A stretch of DNA of 64,000 nucleotides from Laetmonice hystrix (lineage: Eukaryota), in the NCBI GenBank assembly GCA_965235115.1, contig OZ249440.1, positions 14,384,001 through 14,448,000 on the forward strand, in the 5' to 3' direction. Under the pieces are notes generated by a model. The model saw nothing but the letters and a program-made list of their open reading frames with translations. It searched no databases and had not been told where the DNA came from. Position 1 is the first letter of the stretch, and every line of letters begins with the position of its first letter. Positions 1 to 12,399 of the stretch are shown piece after piece. The translations under genes and the position numbers were made by a program.

Positions 1-1277
1 CATGTAGTGTGTAGTAGAGGACAGCCTAGTCTGGAATCTTGATACTGTGATGAGTTGCACTACTGGTCACTTTAAGAAGAGCGAAGAATAGCCTTTGAGA
101 AAAATACTGAAATATACACGTAATAATGACATAAGTGCTGACAGAGTCGGGTGAAGAACATTCAGCAAGAGACGACACACAGACCACAATGTAGTGACTC
201 AAGGCATACAGACAGTACAGGATGGAGCAGCCAAGTTCCTCCATTAAAAAATTACGAGGTGTCGAATCCTTACCATCGTAGCAATATTTGTAACTTTTAC
301 TGTAGAATTTTTACTGATACATGCTATATAATTTTGTCTACTTTTTGCGGAAATAGTATATCAAAGTAATGGACAAAATCTGTTCAAAATCAGTTTTTCA
401 ATAGATTAACGTTAAGGTAATAGTCGGCAACATCATTAAAGGAAATTATTATTACCTCGGTCTATTCATGCTTAATGTTCGAACCGACAAAATCCGTGGA
501 GTAAAATGAACTTTAAATTGCAGTTGTAGAGTTAGAGTTGTAGCTCACTTGGAATATAAGCTGTTGAGAGAGCACTTAATGTTCATACTTTACATTAACT
601 TTAATATCATCAGAACACTAATTATTCCTCTTTTATATTGTGTCTAAACAAAGATCAAATTATAGTCGCAAAAATACCGTGTAATGGTGAATATATTATC
701 GGAGTCACGTTGAAATAATGGCCATGTTTGACCGCTGTACCTAACGTTGTTTCAATGTACACTCGCGTCCCTAAGGACAGTCTCTGATGATACCGAACGG
801 AAATAAGTTTGATTTGGTATACATTTATCACCTTAGCCACTTGAGCATACTTGATTATGTGTATATATGGATACATGGCGGGATATCATATATATGTACA
901 TGAACATGTTCTCGATACTGGCCATGAGTTGAGGCAAGGTTTCATGAAGAAATCGGAAACTATGTTTATTCTACACAAACACCATAAAAGCAACGTCTCC
1001 ACGGTGCCCCATATTATAGAACCACTGATTTTATGTATCGCTGCGGAGCTTGTCACAACGTTCGTAACTCAACGGGCAAAGAACTTGAAAGCAGCTGTCG
1101 GCAGTACATAGTCGACAACTCGAGTATTCCTCCAGTCTTTTAACATGACAGATAAAAAAATGATGTCGATATCGATACAGGAATCACAGTTCTTTGGCCA
1201 CTTCCGTTGTTAGGTCTTTCGCCGAGTGGTATTCGATGAAGCGTACACTCACCGAAAGGGCATGATATCCGTCATCA

Positions 1278-2582
1278 CTAGAGAGACGGTTGCTCGACGG
1301 TGTCATAAAATCGTTTTGATCGGGGACTTGGACTCGACGATTGGTCATACATATCTTGCCGCGAAGGCCGATCCGGAAGTTCCGTACCAAAACGTAGTAC
1401 GTTTGTTTCCGGCCTACGACGTCGACACAAGTGTAACTTATGGCAGCGTAGTAATCGCTTAAAGGCGTTTCGGAAGTCTCGGTTACAAAAAGCATAAATA
1501 ATGGGGTTCAACGCCGAATTGAAATAACCTATCCAAAAAAGTATGTCTACAAGTATATTTGGTGGGTGGCAGGAGGTGGAGTCACACATGTTCGTTATGA
1601 CGTACCAAAGGAAGAATGGAAGCCAGCAGAATAGAAATGCCCCCATGATAACACCCAGAGTTTTAGCAGCTTTGTGCTCGCGCTTCATTTTCCTACGATC
1701 TTGCGTCAAACGACGATTCGTTATGTTATTTCCATTCTTGTGCCCACTTGCGCCATTCTCAGATACGTTATCGTTTCTGAGGCGCTCAAGAGAGGGCGCT
1801 GATTGTTTAGTTAACAGATATATTTGCTTCTCCTGTCGTCTGGCTTCTCGGAATATTTTGACGTAAGTGAAGACCATGATTATTGCAGGGGTCCAAAATG
1901 AGATACAAGAAGAAACAACAGCGTATATCTTATTGACTTTGAACGAACATGATTGTGTATCCAACTCCAGAGCTGTCTTTTGCTCCTCAGTGGTGTACCA
2001 ACCCATGTGAATGGGGATATGTGAAATCAGACCGGAAGCGCCCCAAGCGGACATCAACATGACTCCAGCCCTCTTCTTCGTCATCTTACTTTCGTAGTGG
2101 AACGGATCCATGATGGCGATGTAGCGGTCCATGCTGATACAGCACAGATGTAGCAAGGACGCGGTGGAGAAAAGCACATCGTTGGCGTTGAAAATATCAC
2201 ACATCACCTTGTTGAAAACCCAGTGTCCAGCAATCGCTTGGCTGGCGTTGAACGGCATCACCAAGATGGCCACTAATAGGTCGGCAAAGGCGAGCGACAC
2301 GATGAAGGAGTTGGCGATGATGCGAAGGCGTTCGAACTTGAACACGCTGACGATCACGAGAGAGTTTCCAAATATCGCCATGCTCATGATCGTAATCATA
2401 ACGATGGTGGTGAACACCGTCTCGAGCGTGCTGGGCTCGGCAGTCGGCAGCAGCAATCCGGATGTTGAATTCGACGTCTGCGCGGTGGCATTGGGCAGAC
2501 CGGAAGTGGAGGTGGTGAGGAAGGGTTCGAGATTAACAATCATGGCCGAGAGATTGCCGGCGTTCACGTGACCGTAACTCAT
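1278..2582 (-). CDS. OctbetaR: Beta-adrenergic-like octopamine receptor (class A aminergic GPCR), intronless CDS, 434 aa
   Basis: Seven hydrophobic segments. TM1 GNSLVI, TM2 SLAFADLLV, TM3 Asp in NANDVLFSTASLLHLCCISMDRY, TM5 SSCISFW, TM6 EHKAAKTLGVIMGAFLFCWLPFFLWYVI, TM7 FWIGYFNSALNPIIY, all matching the OctbetaR/Aplysia oa1 type. A probable 5'UTR splice acceptor (ttggttacAG on -) lies at 2643-2644. Confidence 0.93.
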   Translation of the reverse strand: MSYGHVNAGNLSAMIVNLEPFLTTSTSGLPNATAQTSNSTSGLLLPTAEPSTLETVFTTIVMITIMSMAIFGNSLVIVSVFKFERLRIIANSFIVSLAFADLLVAILVMPFNASQAIAGHWVFNKVMCDIFNANDVLFSTASLLHLCCISMDRYIAIMDPFHYESKMTKKRAGVMLMSAWGASGLISHIPIHMGWYTTEEQKTALELDTQSCSFKVNKIYAVVSSCISFWTPAIIMVFTYVKIFREARRQEKQIYLLTKQSAPSLERLRNDNVSENGASGHKNGNNITNRRLTQDRRKMKREHKAAKTLGVIMGAFLFCWLPFFLWYVITNMCDSTSCHPPNILVDILFWIGYFNSALNPIIYAFCNRDFRNAFKRLLRCHKLHLCRRRRPETNVLRFGTELPDRPSRQDMYDQSSSPSPRSKRFYDTVEQPSL

Positions 2583-4577
2583 GGCTGCCGCCGTCCCGTG
2601 GTCACAACGTATAGCAGGTCATCCGGGGATCCTAACAGGAACCTGTAACCAAACAAGTCAGGTTATGTTAGTACGACTGAACGTCGTCAAAAATTTGGGA
2701 AAGTAACTTTGATGATCGCGAACTGCTGATTGAGGCCGACTTTGTGACAGCGTACTAAGATTTGGAGGGGGGTCCTTTTTTTCTATACAAGTTGCATAAA
2801 AAAAATAGCCCCAGATGTAATTGTACAATACTTGAAAGCTATTGAATATCATTTCATAAAGGGGATACAATAAGGTCAAGATGTCCCCTTGAATAAGACC
2901 TTGAGTTTGAAATCGTTGTAATTCATGTGTCATATGCTAAGGTACCCGAAGGATAGTGCGCATACACGTCTATATATTGAGCTACCGAGAAAACGAATGT
3001 TAGTCGGCACAAAGGTCAACTACACGACGACAACAAAATTAAAAATATACATGTTCCCTCCTTTATGACGAGAGATTGGGCAACCTTCAAACGAACAGCC
3101 AGGCGGGCGATTCCTTGTGCCCGTCTACCGGAAAAATAGTTCATTTAGCATTCACAGCATGCATTGATCCTCGGGAGGAATGCCCCGGTATCCTAGTTAT
3201 TCTTGGAATATGGAATGTTTCTCGGGTGCTCCAATGACATCTGAGGACGCTGGGCATCGCTGATACAGGCGCTGGTTATTGGAGATGCTTATGGAGGATG
3301 CTGGGTTTATACTTAGTCCCGTCCCGCTATCTCAACCCAGAGTATCCGGTATCGATTCTTAAGAGTTCACCATCGTCTAGCTCTATGAATGTTGCGACCG
3401 GCACACTCCTGTCATGCTCCACTTATGAAGTGTAAGGGCGATACTGCTGATAGACGAAACACTTCGACAGGAGTTGAGAGTTATGAATGCATCTATGAAA
3501 TTGGAGTCCATGTCTAAGAAATTGTTTTCTTAATGAAGAGCACCCTGTGCTCCTGCCTGCGGTCGGTGGGCTTTCACGTATGTATACGTGTAACCAAGGA
3601 CACGGCAGCTTCATCTCTCAAGAATGACGACGGATCCATCTCATCATGCTGAGGAACAATGACTTAGGACGTTCCAGTGACAGGACTTAGGTAACCACTT
3701 AGGTTACCAACAGCCCTGATGGATATTAAGACTAAATGTGGACAGGCAATCGCTGACAGCAATAAGGAGAAGTAACGGGGAGAGTGACATTGGCCACTTC
3801 TTTAGGACGTACTTCATTTCAGTGTACATCCACTTGCCTATAGCCTCCGTGGGGTTCATTAAAGATGTTCACAACTTAGGCAACTACGAAAAAATCGATG
3901 GATACAGAAAGGCAAATATCTAGCAATGACTATTTCAAAGTACGTCAACTTAAATAAATTAGGATGCAGTTATTCCCTAATAGAAGTAACAATATTATGG
4001 CATAATCCACTTTTAGCGACCGGGTCCAAATGTTGCAACATTATCACGGCATAACACCGTTTTGGCCTCATGCCATCATGCAATAGCAAATAAATACTCT
4101 ATCTTCCTTATGTGTAATTAGGGTCACAATTGTAATCGTTTCACACTTTCTATATATATACCCCAGCCATATTATGCTAGACAATTGGCCAATAAGACTT
4201 GTAGCGATCAAATTTAGGTTGATAGCCTATAGACGTGACACATCCTATTAAATATTCACTGGGTGTGCGCTGGATACTGCACAATGTGGGTCGACAGATA
4301 CTGTGTGTGTGTGATTGGGACAAATAACGGACGGGTGTGGAGGCGAAGTCCAATATCTGTCACGTTCCCACCAAAGCTAATAAAGCTTGACATAATAAAA
4401 ACTCTTTCTCCATGCTTATTCTCTACTTAATTCGCTGTCCTCAGCCAAGAATTGGCTCTACTTCTATGGCCTTTAGCTTAGTACCGAAGCTGTTCCAAAG
4501 TGGCGGGGTCTCCCCCTTGGGCGTCCTTGAACGTAGTGCTGTCATTGCCAATAGTCCGTAAGGTCTTCTTCTGAATG

Positions 4578-6207
4578 TACTTCATCCTACTGCGGGCTGG
4601 GTCCACACTATAGATACTTCATCCTACTGCTGGCTGGGTCCACACTAGGATACTTCATCCTACTGCTGGCTGGGTCCACACTAGGATACTTCATCCTACT
4701 GCTGGCTGGGCCCACACTATAGATACTTCATCCTACTGCGGGCTGGGTCCACACTAGGATACTTCATCCTACTGCGGGCTGGGTCCACACTAGGATACTT
4801 CATCCTACTGCGGGCTGGGTCCACACTAGGATACTTCATCCTACTGCTGGCTGGGCCCACACTATAGATACTTCATCCTACTGCTGGCTGGGTCCACACT
4901 AGGATACTTCATCCTACTGCGGGCTGGGTCCACACTAGGATACTTCATCCTACTGCTGGCTGGGCCCACACTAGGATACTTCATCCTACTGCGGGCTGGG
5001 CCCACACTAGGATACTTCATCCTACTGCGGGCTGGGCCCACACTAGGATACTTCATCCTACTGCGGGCTGGGCCCACACTAGGATACTTCATCCTACTGC
5101 TGGCTGGGTCCACACTAGGATACTTCATCCTACTGCGGGCTGGGCCCACACTAGGATACTTCATCCTACTGCGGGCTGGGCCCACACTATAGATACTTCA
5201 TCCTACTGCTGGCTGGGTCCACACTAGGATACTTCATCCTACTGCTGGCTGGGCCCACACTAGGATACTTCATCCTACTGCGGGCTGGGTCCACACTAGG
5301 ATACTTCATCCTACTGCGGGCTGGGCCCACACTATAGATACTTCATCCTACTGCTGGCTGGGCCCACACTAGGATACTTCATCCTACTGCGGGCTGGGCC
5401 CACACTAGGATACTTCATCCTACTGCGGGCTGGGCCCACACTATAGATACTTCATCCTACTGCTGGCTGGGCCCACACTAGGATACTTCATCCTACTGCG
5501 GGCTGGGTCCACACTAGGATACTTCATCCTACTGCTGGCTGGGCCCACACTAGGATACTTCATCCTACTGCTGGCTGGGCCCACACTAGGATACTTCATC
5601 CTACTGCGGGCTGGGTCCACACTAGGATACTTCATCCTACTGCGGGCTGGGCCCACACTATAGATACTTCATCCTACTGCTGGCTGGGCCCACACTAGGA
5701 TACTTCATCCTACTGCGGGCTGGGTCCACACTAGGATACTTCATCCTACTGCTGGCTGGGCCCACACTAGGATACTTCATCCTACTGCTGGCTGGGTCCA
5801 CACTAGGATACTTCATCCTACTGCTGGCTGGGCCCACACTAGGATACTTCATCCTACTGCTGGCTGGGTCCACACTAGGATACTTCATCCTACTGCGGGC
5901 TGGGTCCACACTAGGATACTTCATCCTACTGCGGGCTGGGTCCACACTAGGATACTTCATCCTACTGCTGGCTGGGCCCACACTAGGATACTTCATCCTA
6001 CTGCTGGCTGGGCCCACACTAGGATACTTCATCCTACTGCGGGCTGGGCCCACACTAGGATACTTCATCCTACTGCTGGCTGGGCCCACACTAGGATACT
6101 TCATCCTACTGCGGGCTGGGCCCACACTATAGATACTTCATCCTACTGCTGGCTGGGCCCACACTATAGTTACTTCATCCTACTGCGGGCTGGGTCCACA
6201 CTAGGAT
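4578..6207. repeat. Minisatellite, about 45 copies of a 36/37-bp unit (GATACTTCATCCTACTGC[G/T]GGCTGGG[T/C]CCACACTA[G/TA])
   Basis: Directly visible tandem array. It produces the spurious MKYPSVGPARSR ORFs on the - strand. Confidence 0.97.
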
Positions 6208-6500
6208 GACGATGTACAACTGCCAAGAGTTGTTGTGATTTTGATAGAGGTGATGTTTAACCAGTATTATATAAATCCCGGTTCGGCGCGATGTCAATTC
6301 CGCAAAACGTTTCTCAGTCAAACCGGCGTCTTTTGGCCCTAAGCCGATGTTCAGATGTGAAGCCTTGTGCGGTACAGCAGTTCTTAAAAGCCAACTTCTT
6401 TGACATTCGGTAGATAAACGATCAAGATCCTTACCACTCTGTGTGTACGCCTACAATGGCAAGACCTTTAAGCATCAAAATCTGACATTTGATTTTTAAA

Positions 6501-6816
6501 CCAGTTTCAGAAAGACTCTAAGCAGCAAGCTAGGTTTCAGAAAGACTCTAAGCAGCAAACTTGAAAAATAGAGCTATGGCAGCCCATAGGGACATAGACC
6601 TTAGTGTTTTGACTTTCTAGATTGATTTCCAATGACCATCGATAATGTAATTTAACCGTGGTGGTAATATTTTCACCACGGTGATATATTTCCACTGCTG
6701 TGAAAATATCCATGAAAGTCAATGTAGAAAGTTAATCTGTCTTGTGTCCTCGTGGGTCATCACAGGACTGCTATCTTAAAGCTTACTGTTTAGAGCCTTT
6801 CTGAAACCGGGGCCTG
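6501..6816. mobile_element. MITE-like element with terminal inverted repeats
   Basis: Left GTTTCAGAAAGACTCTAA (present twice through a 30-bp local duplication) pairs with right TTAGAGCCTTTCTGAAAC(CGGGGCCTG). Internal hairpin ACCGTGGTG...CACCACGGT. Confidence 0.55.
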
Positions 6817-7141
6817 GTCTCGGTTAACATTCAAGGTGAAAGGGTGAAAGGTCACATATTCAACTAAGCCTATTTGAAGGTTGTTAAATGAACTGTAGGA
6901 TGCAGTGGGGAATCACATGCACTTAGTGGGTTGTGATTTGGTCCCAAACACCTCGGCTGTTTAATGAAGGTATTAGCAGTCGGCCCAATTAGCGGGGCGT
7001 AGGACCTGAATTAGTTTATCTCAAGTACAGAACACTCCAACCCGAGATGAGGCTACAATCAGAGGGATCTTTCGGTGGCTGCCACTTCCGCTGTTGATTA
7101 AATTGGCCTCTGGCTCCAACGATGGCGAAGTTGGGAGCAAA

Positions 7142-7336
7142 CCCACTTACCTGTCCCATTCCCTAGCGCATAAAATTTCAAATTTCAAACAGCTCAGCAT
7201 GTTCGAGTCAAAATGTGACACATACGACCTGGTTTTGATAGGGCTGTTCTGTTATCGGTTGTTAACCCAGACCAGTGTAGGACCTTTTCGGACTTAGACA
7301 ATTTTGGCCACTTCGCGAATAGGACAGGTAAGTGGG
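7142..7336. mobile_element. Small MITE (about 195 bp)
   Basis: CCCACTTACCTGTCCCATTC and GAATAGGACAGGTAAGTGGG form a 20-bp inverted repeat with 1 mismatch. Confidence 0.6.
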
Positions 7337-7571
7337 GGATTAAGGTATGGCCGGACTTAAATATAGGGTTGATGTGACAACTGGGACCCGCAGTTTTGGA
7401 GGCCATTTACACCTACCGGTCCACGCATCAACTCGTCGACATATTTAACGGTCTACAGGCGTGCAAGATGACCAAGGATCTACTGGCTTTTGTAAATATT
7501 TGATAGGTTTAACAGTTCGTGTTAGGGTCGGTGCATGTGGCCTTCATATAGTATTTAAAGCAAACACCGAA

Positions 7572-7859
7572 TATCTCTTTTTTCAGTGACTTCAAAATGC
7601 AGACATGGACAGCCAATGAAATTCATCGGTTCATTAGGCGATGAATTTCATTGACTGTTTAAATCAATGCCAGGTCAACGATTTTGTCAACAACCAGCCA
7701 TAATCCGATCGCTTCTTAGTGACAACAGGCAACTGGAATGTTGAATTTCATTAGATTTCTCCATTTCTGTGGATATACATTTATTGATTTATGTAGTCTC
7801 CGGACTTATCTAACCTAACAGGCCATGTCTGCATTTTGGAGTCATTGAAATGAGAGATA
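7572..7859. mobile_element. MITE (about 290 bp) with about 37-bp imperfect TIRs
   Basis: TATCTCTTTTTTCAGTGACTTCAAAATGCAGACATGG pairs with CCATGTCTGCATTTTGGAGTCATTGAAATGAGAGATA. Its right part is copied at 12732 onward. Confidence 0.65.
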
Positions 7860-9367
7860 GTCTGTGTATGCTTTAACATTTCTACCAGCTCTGGAATATC
7901 TATATGAGGTGCTTGGTCAATGATTTATGGCGAGATCAAATACATTCTGCGGTTGGTGCTTTCAAATTCGTCAAAATGTTGGCGAGGCTGACAAGTAGGG
8001 GATGATATTGCAGTTGGCTGAGGTTAAATGATGGAAATACTTCGAACGTTGTGGCTATCCTGAAAGGTGAAATGGTGGGGCTTTGGACCAGCTGTTATCG
8101 CTCTGGTTCCATTTAATATTTACATTCACAGATGGCAAACGAAGCACCAGAAATCACCCGGAATTCAAATCAGGAAGTGACAATAATGATAAGGCGTTCA
8201 TAGCCTAACCCCAGCACTTTCACTCGGTGGTGTTGGGTTTACAACAAGGCTCAAGTATGCCTCTTGGCAAGACCACCGTTCTGGCAAACTCGGTCAAATT
8301 GTCTGAACTGTCTGCCCTAGACAACCAATTATAAAAAAATACACACTTGGGCTATATATTTTTATATCGTAAAGTATGAAGTCATAATAGTCTGACAAAT
8401 CCATATCATACAGAGGATTCCTAGTCTCATTGTATGGAATGAGGAAAACCTTTTCTCCATTATCTTAGTGTAATTTGTAATTTGATAAGTTGAGTGATGG
8501 AATACATGGCAGCAGCCAACGGTTGAATGTTACGTTCGGCCTGAGGACATCAATTCCCAGGAATATAGAGGCTCCCTGGTCTGTGTTGAAGACGGCCCAC
8601 ATAGTTGAGGGGTTACCAACCCTGGCTCCACCATCAATCTCAGCAAGGGATTAGCAAGCCGAACGCCCGGGAGTCCATCTGTTTTATGACATGAGAATTA
8701 GGTCATCATCGTAAACTGCCAGTGGTACCATAAAAGATACAGAGATAGTCAACAATTGAATCATTCACTTACGATACTACGACGGGAGGACTCTATTGTC
8801 CACTTCCTGCTCCTGTCGTGTTAATAACAAACTAACACCCCATAAATACTATTACTCTAATTTAGGGCAAACAAAGAATATAGTCCCTTCATGCTCGGAG
8901 GAAGGGGGGGATTATACAACTGCGTTAAACAACATAATTTGTGAATAACAACCTTATTTTAATATTGGATTGGGGTGATTAGCGGCCAACTGCTATCATA
9001 GCAAATGATATTATTAATTGAACTAGATAAACGGCTATAAAACAAAACAGTAAATCACTGATTCACTAAAATGCGTATTAGAGAAATGAATGTGTTTGCG
9101 TATTATACGGTAATTTAATTAATTCCGTGGTTACATGAGTTTCGTGTTTCACAGAGCCATAATATCAGTCTGTCTGCAGGGCCGATTACATTATGTTCCG
9201 TCTGTTAGATTCCCAGCTAAAATACATGGGAATTTTAAAGAGCATGCCACTAACTCCAGGCTGGAAGGAGATTAGCCGCAAATTAAATGTGTTCCTCGTC
9301 TTCAGATGCGAAAGGAAATACGATAATAGACCCAGCATGTCGTAACAATAAGAGCGTCTTATATATT

Positions 9368-9780
9368 CTGTGTTTGTGCCAGGTAAACACCGAAGCGATG
9401 CCCATGGCAGAGTCTGTGTTTCTGCCAGGTAAACACCGAAGCGATGCCCATGGCAGAGTGTGTTTCTGCCAGGTAAACACCGAAGCGATGCCCATGGCAG
9501 TCTGTGTTTCTGCCAGGTAAACACCGAAGCGATGCTCATGGCAGAGTCTGTGTTTCTGCCAGGTAAACACCGAAGCGATGCCCATGGCAGAGTCTGTGTT
9601 TCTGCCAGGTAAACACCGAAGCGATGCCCATGGCAGAGTCTGTGTTTGTGCCAGGTAAACACCGAAGCGATGCCCATGGCAGAGTCTGTGTTTCTGCCAG
9701 GTAAACACCGAAGCGATGCCCATGGCAGAGTCTGTGTTTCTGCCAGGTAAACACCGAAGCGATGCTCATGGCAGAGTCTG
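9368..9780. repeat. Minisatellite, about 9 copies of a 46-bp unit (GTGTTTCTGCCAGGTAAACACCGAAGCGATGCCCATGGCAGAGTCT)
   Basis: Directly visible tandem array; two units carry 2-bp deletions. Confidence 0.95.
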
Positions 9781-10221
9781 GGATGAAGCTTACAGAATTC
9801 TTATTTATCACCCCATGCATACTCGGCATACTTTCGGCTCTAAAACAGTTTCACCTCATCTCACCTCGCTTTGCTTTATTTTCAAACTCCTCTCCCTGTC
9901 CACGACCTATCACATTGTGGACTACTGCACGAGGGTAATTTTAGTAACTCTCGCCGTCAAAATGGAAGAGGAGCAGTCTCTGGCTTCGGAAAGTTGTTGG
10001 TAGCCCGTAAGGTTCGAGTCCGAGAGGGTAACCGGAATCGGTGACCAGGGTAACCGTATAATTCCTGACTCTCACACCAGAGCATAATCAACTATTCTCG
10101 TGGCCAAATGGACAGACTTGCCTTCGCCGTCACGCGAGAACCTTGAAGATAACTATCGGCTAGGGAGGCAAAGATTTAAAGGTCATCTCATGTGGAGATA
10201 AAGTACTGGCTAAAGGTCCAC

Positions 10222-10790
10222 TCTGAGAGGTCAGCAAGCAGCTGGCTAAATACCCATTCTGACTTGTCAGCAAGCAGTTAGCTGATGAGGACCCACTCTG
10301 ACTTGTCAGCGAGCAGTTAGCTGATGATGACCCACTCTGACTTGTCAGCAAGCAGTTAGCTGATGAGGACCCACTCTGACTTGTCAGCGAGCAGTTAGCT
10401 GATGATGACCCACTCTGACTTGTCAGCAAGCAGTTAGCTGATGAGGACCCACTCTGACTTGTCAGCAAGCAGTTAGCTGATGAGGACCCATTTCTGACTG
10501 GTCAGATAGCAGTTTGTTTAAGGCCAACTCTGACAGGTCAGTAACATGTTAACTGGAGAGCCAGTCTGACCAGTCAGCAGGAAGCTGGCTAAACCCCGCT
10601 CACAGTTCGACAGGTCAGCAGGAAGCTGGCTAAACCCCACTCACAGTCTGACAGGTCAGCAGGAAGCTGGCTAAACCCCACTCGCAGTCTGACAGGTCAG
10701 CAGGAAGCTGGCTAAACCCCACTCACAGTCTGACAGGTCAGCAGGAAGCTGACTAAACCCTACTCGCGGTCTGACAGGTCAGCAGGACTC
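10222..10790. repeat. Compound minisatellite: a 39-bp array (about 10255-10500) next to a related 41-bp array (about 10560-10790)
   Basis: Units CACTCTGACTTGTCAGCAAGCAGTTAGCTGATGAGGACC and CAGTCTGACAGGTCAGCAGGAAGCTGGCTAAACCCCACTCA share the core CTGAC-NN-GTCAGCA. Confidence 0.92.
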
Positions 10791-12399
10791 TTTGTACAGC
10801 TGCAGTCCCAAGTTTCACCAGTGGCAACAAACGGAGGAAGTTATTGTATGCCCACCAACTGAAAACAGATTCCCATAAGAAATCACATAATAGTGTAATT
10901 AAGACAAATGAACCGCATCGTTTTCAGGGTCGACTTGAAAATGCACACGTCTCCATTCAAGGTTCAATTTTTACAGTGTGAGGGTCAAATATCACCATGG
11001 CAATTGCATACACCATTGACCAGCATCAATCTTTGTGAACTTATTTTTGTTGTACGCAGACCCCTCATCATTGCCCCCCCCCCAACCGGTTCACAGAGTG
11101 CATCCTTTGCGGCCCGGTGTATTTATACTGTGAGATTTAGGATACCTCCAGACGCGTGTATCAACCACATGGGCCGTTTTATACGACGTTCTAACGGCAC
11201 ACCGGACATCCCCGTCAACGCTGAACCAACGTTGAAGACACCAGGCCGGGACTTTACGATCGGCGCCTGGCGATGAACGAGATGAGCCTGCATGTAGACA
11301 TTATTTACATCTCTGACATCACTGATGGGTTCTCCCTGATGGTGTACACTGTCCACCCGTACGGATGTCTCATCAGTGATAACATTCAGTGACAGGCTTA
11401 TCTCTCCATTGGGTACGCATTTATAAGGGAATCAACGATAACGTCAAACGGTGGTACAATCATTAATCTATACAGTGAGAATGTAGACGTAATTATTGTC
11501 TTGTTAGCAATAATGTTCACAACTGTTAGTCATTGAGCGACGTGAACGGGTGATACAATAAAGGAGTTCTTGGGTTCTTGCATGCCTTTGAAACGACCAT
11601 GTGAAATCAAATCGTGTTTAAGAAATGAACTTCCTGTGTACCAAGACTTAGAGAAGGGAAGGGTTTTTTTCATTAGGTACGCGTAAAACAGAATTGTCTT
11701 CATTTGGGAGGGGAGTTACCTGAAATATCACGGGGCCCTTTTTTCTGTACAGATTTTTCTTTAGTCAGCTGTCTTTACACTGAATAAAGTCCGAAATAAG
11801 TTCAATAATCCAGCAATAGTTTATGTCAACTGTCACGACAATGGTAGTGACATAATTAGTTGAAGCGGCCCCTATCCCTGTGAGTAAACGAACAAGAAAT
11901 GAAGATAAATCAACAGTGCCAGACCCAGTACGTTCTGGTGAGGGAGAAATGGCAGTAAAGAAATCCATCAAAGAGAAGTTTCCGACAGTTTCCATTAGTG
12001 TTTTCATACTTAGGTCGTATGATGTGAATTACGCCAGTGACGGGAGGACAATACTAAAACAGTTGAAACGGCATGATGTTAATTTGCTTTTCTTATCCAT
12101 CATCATTACGGAGACAAAAAGCCGCGCCGGCGACCTGGCCTCACATTCTAAACATTCTTTGTTCACATACAGTTAATTGAAAGCGGATAGCCGGGTCCAC
12201 TTACTCAGCCCAAGCCTTATTTCAATCACCAAAAGCAAATCCGCATATGGTGAAACAATAATGTGTTTGAAACTACATGCATACCTTCCATACAGTATTA
12301 TATATTGAAAAATACTTGGATGAGAAAATAGTGAGGGATCGAAAACAACCGAGTTCTTGTTTCGAATAATGTTATGTGGTGCAGAAGCTAAATTGAAAG

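Noticed and set aside
4862-6125. ORFs of repeated MKYPSVGPARSR
   Set aside because: They result from a 36-bp unit lacking stops in one frame and are broken by every 37-bp variant; no gene context.
4578-10790. Regularly spaced repeats resembling CRISPR arrays
   Set aside because: Head-to-tail units with no unique spacers, no cas genes, and a eukaryotic intron-containing context.
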